From the human T2T-CHM13v2.0 reference genome, Homo sapiens: a stretch of DNA of 64,000 bases. Positions 60,150-64,000 of the stretch are shown one piece after another. Where the stretch lies: NCBI RefSeq assembly GCF_009914755.1, contig NC_060928.1; one strand, written 5' to 3'. Under the pieces are notes generated by a model, which made no database searches, was not told the DNA's origin, and saw only the letters and a program-made list of their open reading frames with translations. The translations under genes were made by a program, and so were the position numbers. Numbering within the stretch: the first letter of the stretch is position 1; the number at the start of each line of letters is the position of its first letter.

Positions 60150-60472
60150 GGCTGGGCATGGTGTCTCACACCTGTAAACCCAGCTACTTGGGGGCCCGAG
60201 GTGGAGAACTGCCTGAGCTCAGGAGTTCAATGTTACGATGAGCTATGATCACGCCAGTGCACTCCAGCCTAGGTGACAGAGTGAAGCCCTGTCTCTAAAA
60301 AATACGAAGAAATTAGCCAGTTTGGTGGCACGTGCCTGTAGTTCCAGCTACTTGAGAGGTTGAGGCAGGAGGATTGCCTGAGCCCAGGAGATTGAGGCTG
60401 CAGTGAGCCGTTGTGCTACTACACTGCCTGGGCAACACAGTGAGACCACATCTCTACAAAAGTTAAAAAAAG
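60150..60472 (+). mobile_element. Atypical Alu dimer of two right-arm/FRAM-type monomers
   Basis: Both monomers carry the tgagc...cactcc/cactgc segment. One 16-bp TSD with 2 mismatches flanks the pair. Confidence 0.75.
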
Positions 60473-61064
60473 AAAGAAATTTGCTCCAGGGACTTTATTT
60501 TATATAGAAAAGAAGAGTATTTTTAGCTGAAGAGACCAAGGCCCTTGAGCATGTTAACTGAAGTAAAAAGCAATATGCTAATATTAGCCACACTAAGCCT
60601 TTTGAAGATAATATATGATCTTAAACTGTTTTTGACTTTTATTAAAAATGAAAAATAGCTCCCTCTAGTTAGCCAGAATAAAGCTTGGATGTACTTCTTG
60701 CATCATTACTACTCTATCTGATCCCAATATAGTAATATATAGCTTAAACAGTTCATTCCATTTGCAGTCTCATATTTGTTTTGCTTTAATTTCATACTAC
60801 CCTGGCAATTACCCAGCTTCATTAACTCCTTAGGAAATTTCTCAAGAATGCTACAAGAAATATCATACATGGAATATTAACATACAGCAGTACTCTTGAA
60901 GTAAAATTTAAAGAAGTCTGCAAAACTGAATCTTTTTCATTAAGCTTACATGTTAAGTCTCCAAAACATTGTAAGGTCAATCCACATCAGGAAATTGGAT
61001 TCTGACCCATGTGCCAGAAAGAGCACATATTAACAAACCAAAAACAGTTACCGAGCGCCAGTTA

Positions 61065-61394
<330 letters not shown>

Positions 61395-61532
61395 GTATTT
61401 TGCTAGACACTATGGATAACTTTAACAAGCATATTTTCTGTACTCTAGGTATTTACAGTATATCTGGAGTAAAAAACATATATAGACACAGTAAGTACCA
61501 AATGATTGAGATATAAAAGAAGTACTATAGAG

Positions 61533-61876
61533 CAGGGGTCCCCAAGCCTGGGGCCACAGACTGTATTACAGTCCATGGCTTGTTAGGAACTGGGCCACAC
61601 AGCAGGAGGTGGGCAGCAGGCGAGTGAGTGTTACAGCCTGAGCTCCACCTCCTGTCAGATCAGCAGCAGCATTAAATTCTCATAGGACTGCGAACCCTAG
61701 CTGAACTGTGCACATGAGGGATCTAGGCTGCATGCTCCTTATGAGAATCTAACTAATGCCCGATGATCTGAGGTGGAACAGTTTCAACCTGAAACCATCC
61801 CCACACCCTGCCAGGTCTGTGGAAAATTGTCTTCCACAAAACTGGTCCCTGATGCCCAAAAGGTTGGGGACCGCTG
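61533..61876 (+). mobile_element. MER1B (hAT-Charlie)
   Basis: caggggtcccc...ggggaccgctg TIRs; perfect 8-bp TSD ctatagag. Confidence 0.9.
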
Positions 61877-62314
61877 CTATAGAGTGTATGAGGGGAAAGT
61901 CATTCTTTAATGGTAAGACAAGTCAGCAGCGAGAAAGTATGCTTTGGGTTGGGCTTGAGGGAGGGAGAAGGGAAGTATTAGGAGCAAGGGCACAGCAGTA
62001 GAAAGACCTAGGAAAGAGAAAGGTTAATTTGGCTGGTGTGGAGTATATGCAGAGAAGCAGCAGGAAATAATGCTGAAAATAGCATTTTAAAATTAATTAG
62101 TTTATCAAGTGCTTAACTAACGCCAGGCAGCATTTTAGGAGCTGGCAATGCAAAGGTAAATCAGACAGGCCAGGTTCCTGCCCTCCCAGCGCCCACACTA
62201 ATGCGGGCAGGAGCGTTACTAGGGAGAAAACAGAGATGTGATCGAATGGCGACGGAAGTGGCAGGAGTGTATCCCAGACCTGACGGACAGCTCTAGGACC
62301 TATAGATCCTAGAT

Positions 62315-63045
62315 CACACAGTTTGGTTATGTGTCCCCTCTAAGTCTCATGTTAAATTGTAATCCTCAGTGTTGGAGGTGGGGCCTGGTGGGAGGTGATT
62401 GGATCTCAGGGGTGCACGTCTTTCTTCCCCACCCCCGAAAGGGCCTCGTTTTGCTCTGTCACCCAGGCTGGAGTGCAGTGGCGCAACCACGGCTCCCTGC
62501 AACCTCCGCCTCCTGGGCTCAAGTGATACTCCCACCTCAGCCTCCTGAGTAGCTGGGACCACAGGTGTGCACCACCACGCCAGACTAATTTTTTGTATTT
62601 TTGGTAGAGACAGGGTTTCACCATGTTACCCAGGCTGGTCTTGAACTCCTGAGTAGCAATCAAGCAATCCGCCTGCATGGCCTCCCGAAGTGTTGGTATT
62701 ACAGGCGTGAGCCACCATGCCCAGCCTCGGGGTGGATTTCGAATCGATGGTTTAGCACCACCGCCTTGCTCTAAATGCTGTCCTCCCGCTGACAGTGCTC
62801 ATTTAAAAGTGTGTGGCGCATCCCCCTCCCCACCATCTCTCTTGCTCCTGCTTTTGCCATGTGATGTGCCTACTCTCCCTTCAGCTTCTGCCATGATGGG
62901 AAGCTTCCTGAGGCCTCCCCAGATGCAGATGCCGGTGCTATGCCTCCTGTACACTGTAGAACCATGAGCCAATTAAATCTCCTTTCTTTATAAATTTCCC
63001 AGTCTCAGGTATTTCTGTACAGCAATGCAAGAACAGCCTAATATA
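62315..63045 (+). mobile_element. MaLR LTR (MSTA/B-like), interrupted by an Alu
   Basis: gtttggttatgtgtcccc...gttggaggtggggcctggtgggaggtgattggatc; 3' end gagccaattaaa...cccagtctcaggtatttc...cctaatata. Confidence 0.85.
62438..62726 (-). mobile_element. Alu (J-like) without poly-A tail
   Basis: Reverse Alu body with no T-run at its 3' end. Confidence 0.85.
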
Positions 63046-63590
63046 GATGATCAGGCAAAATCTGTCTGAACAAGGAATATTTAGAGCTGAGACAAGAAGG
63101 CTCGAAAGAGCCATCTTCCTGCACAGAGAACAGACATCCAGTTAAGAAGGAGTTTGGATCCTCAGTGCAGCAAAAGGAGGCCAATGTGGCTAACCAAGGG
63201 CACTAGAAAAGCTCTTGAGGAAATTCACTGAAACGACATATTATTTTAAGTACCACTTTTGCTGTTGTCATATACAAGTATCAGGGATGGGATCCAAGCC
63301 CTGCTCTCTAGCAGCACTGCAGGCAGGACTGTTTCACAATGCCGCCTTCACTTTTTCTGCTATGCCACCAACTTATACCTACCACTGGACTGTAAGCCCC
63401 ATGAAGGGAGGGAATCTTGTTTTATTTACTGTTATATTCCTGCTGCCTAGAACAGTGCTTAATACACGGAAATTGCTCAATAAATATCTGCCAAATGAAA
63501 GGACAATAAATATCACTTATTTCCTTCTCCCAAGAGTAGTCTAAAATGAGAGGTAGGGTTTTATAAAAACAAAACAAAACAAAAACAACA

Positions 63591-63963
<373 letters not shown>

Positions 63964-64000
63964 TTAGGTGTTTCCACCTTTCTCAGGTACAGGCAGTCCC

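Overview
Primate, almost certainly human, genomic DNA covering the 3' end of NR3C2 (mineralocorticoid receptor), transcribed on the minus strand. Three coding exons of the ligand-binding domain are present with intact GT-AG boundaries and compatible phases: exon 7 (40209-40079), exon 8 (34185-34028) and terminal exon 9 (CDS 1424-1269, ending ...KPLYFHRK*). Exon numbering is recalled, not derived from the window. Bases 1-1268 are the proximal 3'UTR. The rest is intron and is rich in transposable elements: a full-length but dead L1PA7/8-type element, a 5'-truncated L1PA, older L1M/L2/MIR pieces, about 16 Alus (one very young Ya5-lineage copy), solo LTRs (MER11, MaLR and others) and hAT/Tigger DNA elements. 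Nearly all other ORFs in the track are repeat-derived or chance. I found no new multi-gene system. The best leads are: (i) an L1 antisense promoter with an ORF0-like start pointing into exon 9; (ii) a 16-nt extended miR-135b match in the 3'UTR; (iii) two unexplained near-perfect inverted repeats; (iv) a solo LTR aimed antisense across exon 8; (v) an Alu built from two right-arm-type monomers under one TSD. Repeat subfamily names and miRNA sequences come from memory and need RepeatMasker/miRBase confirmation. Boundaries of old repeats are approximate.
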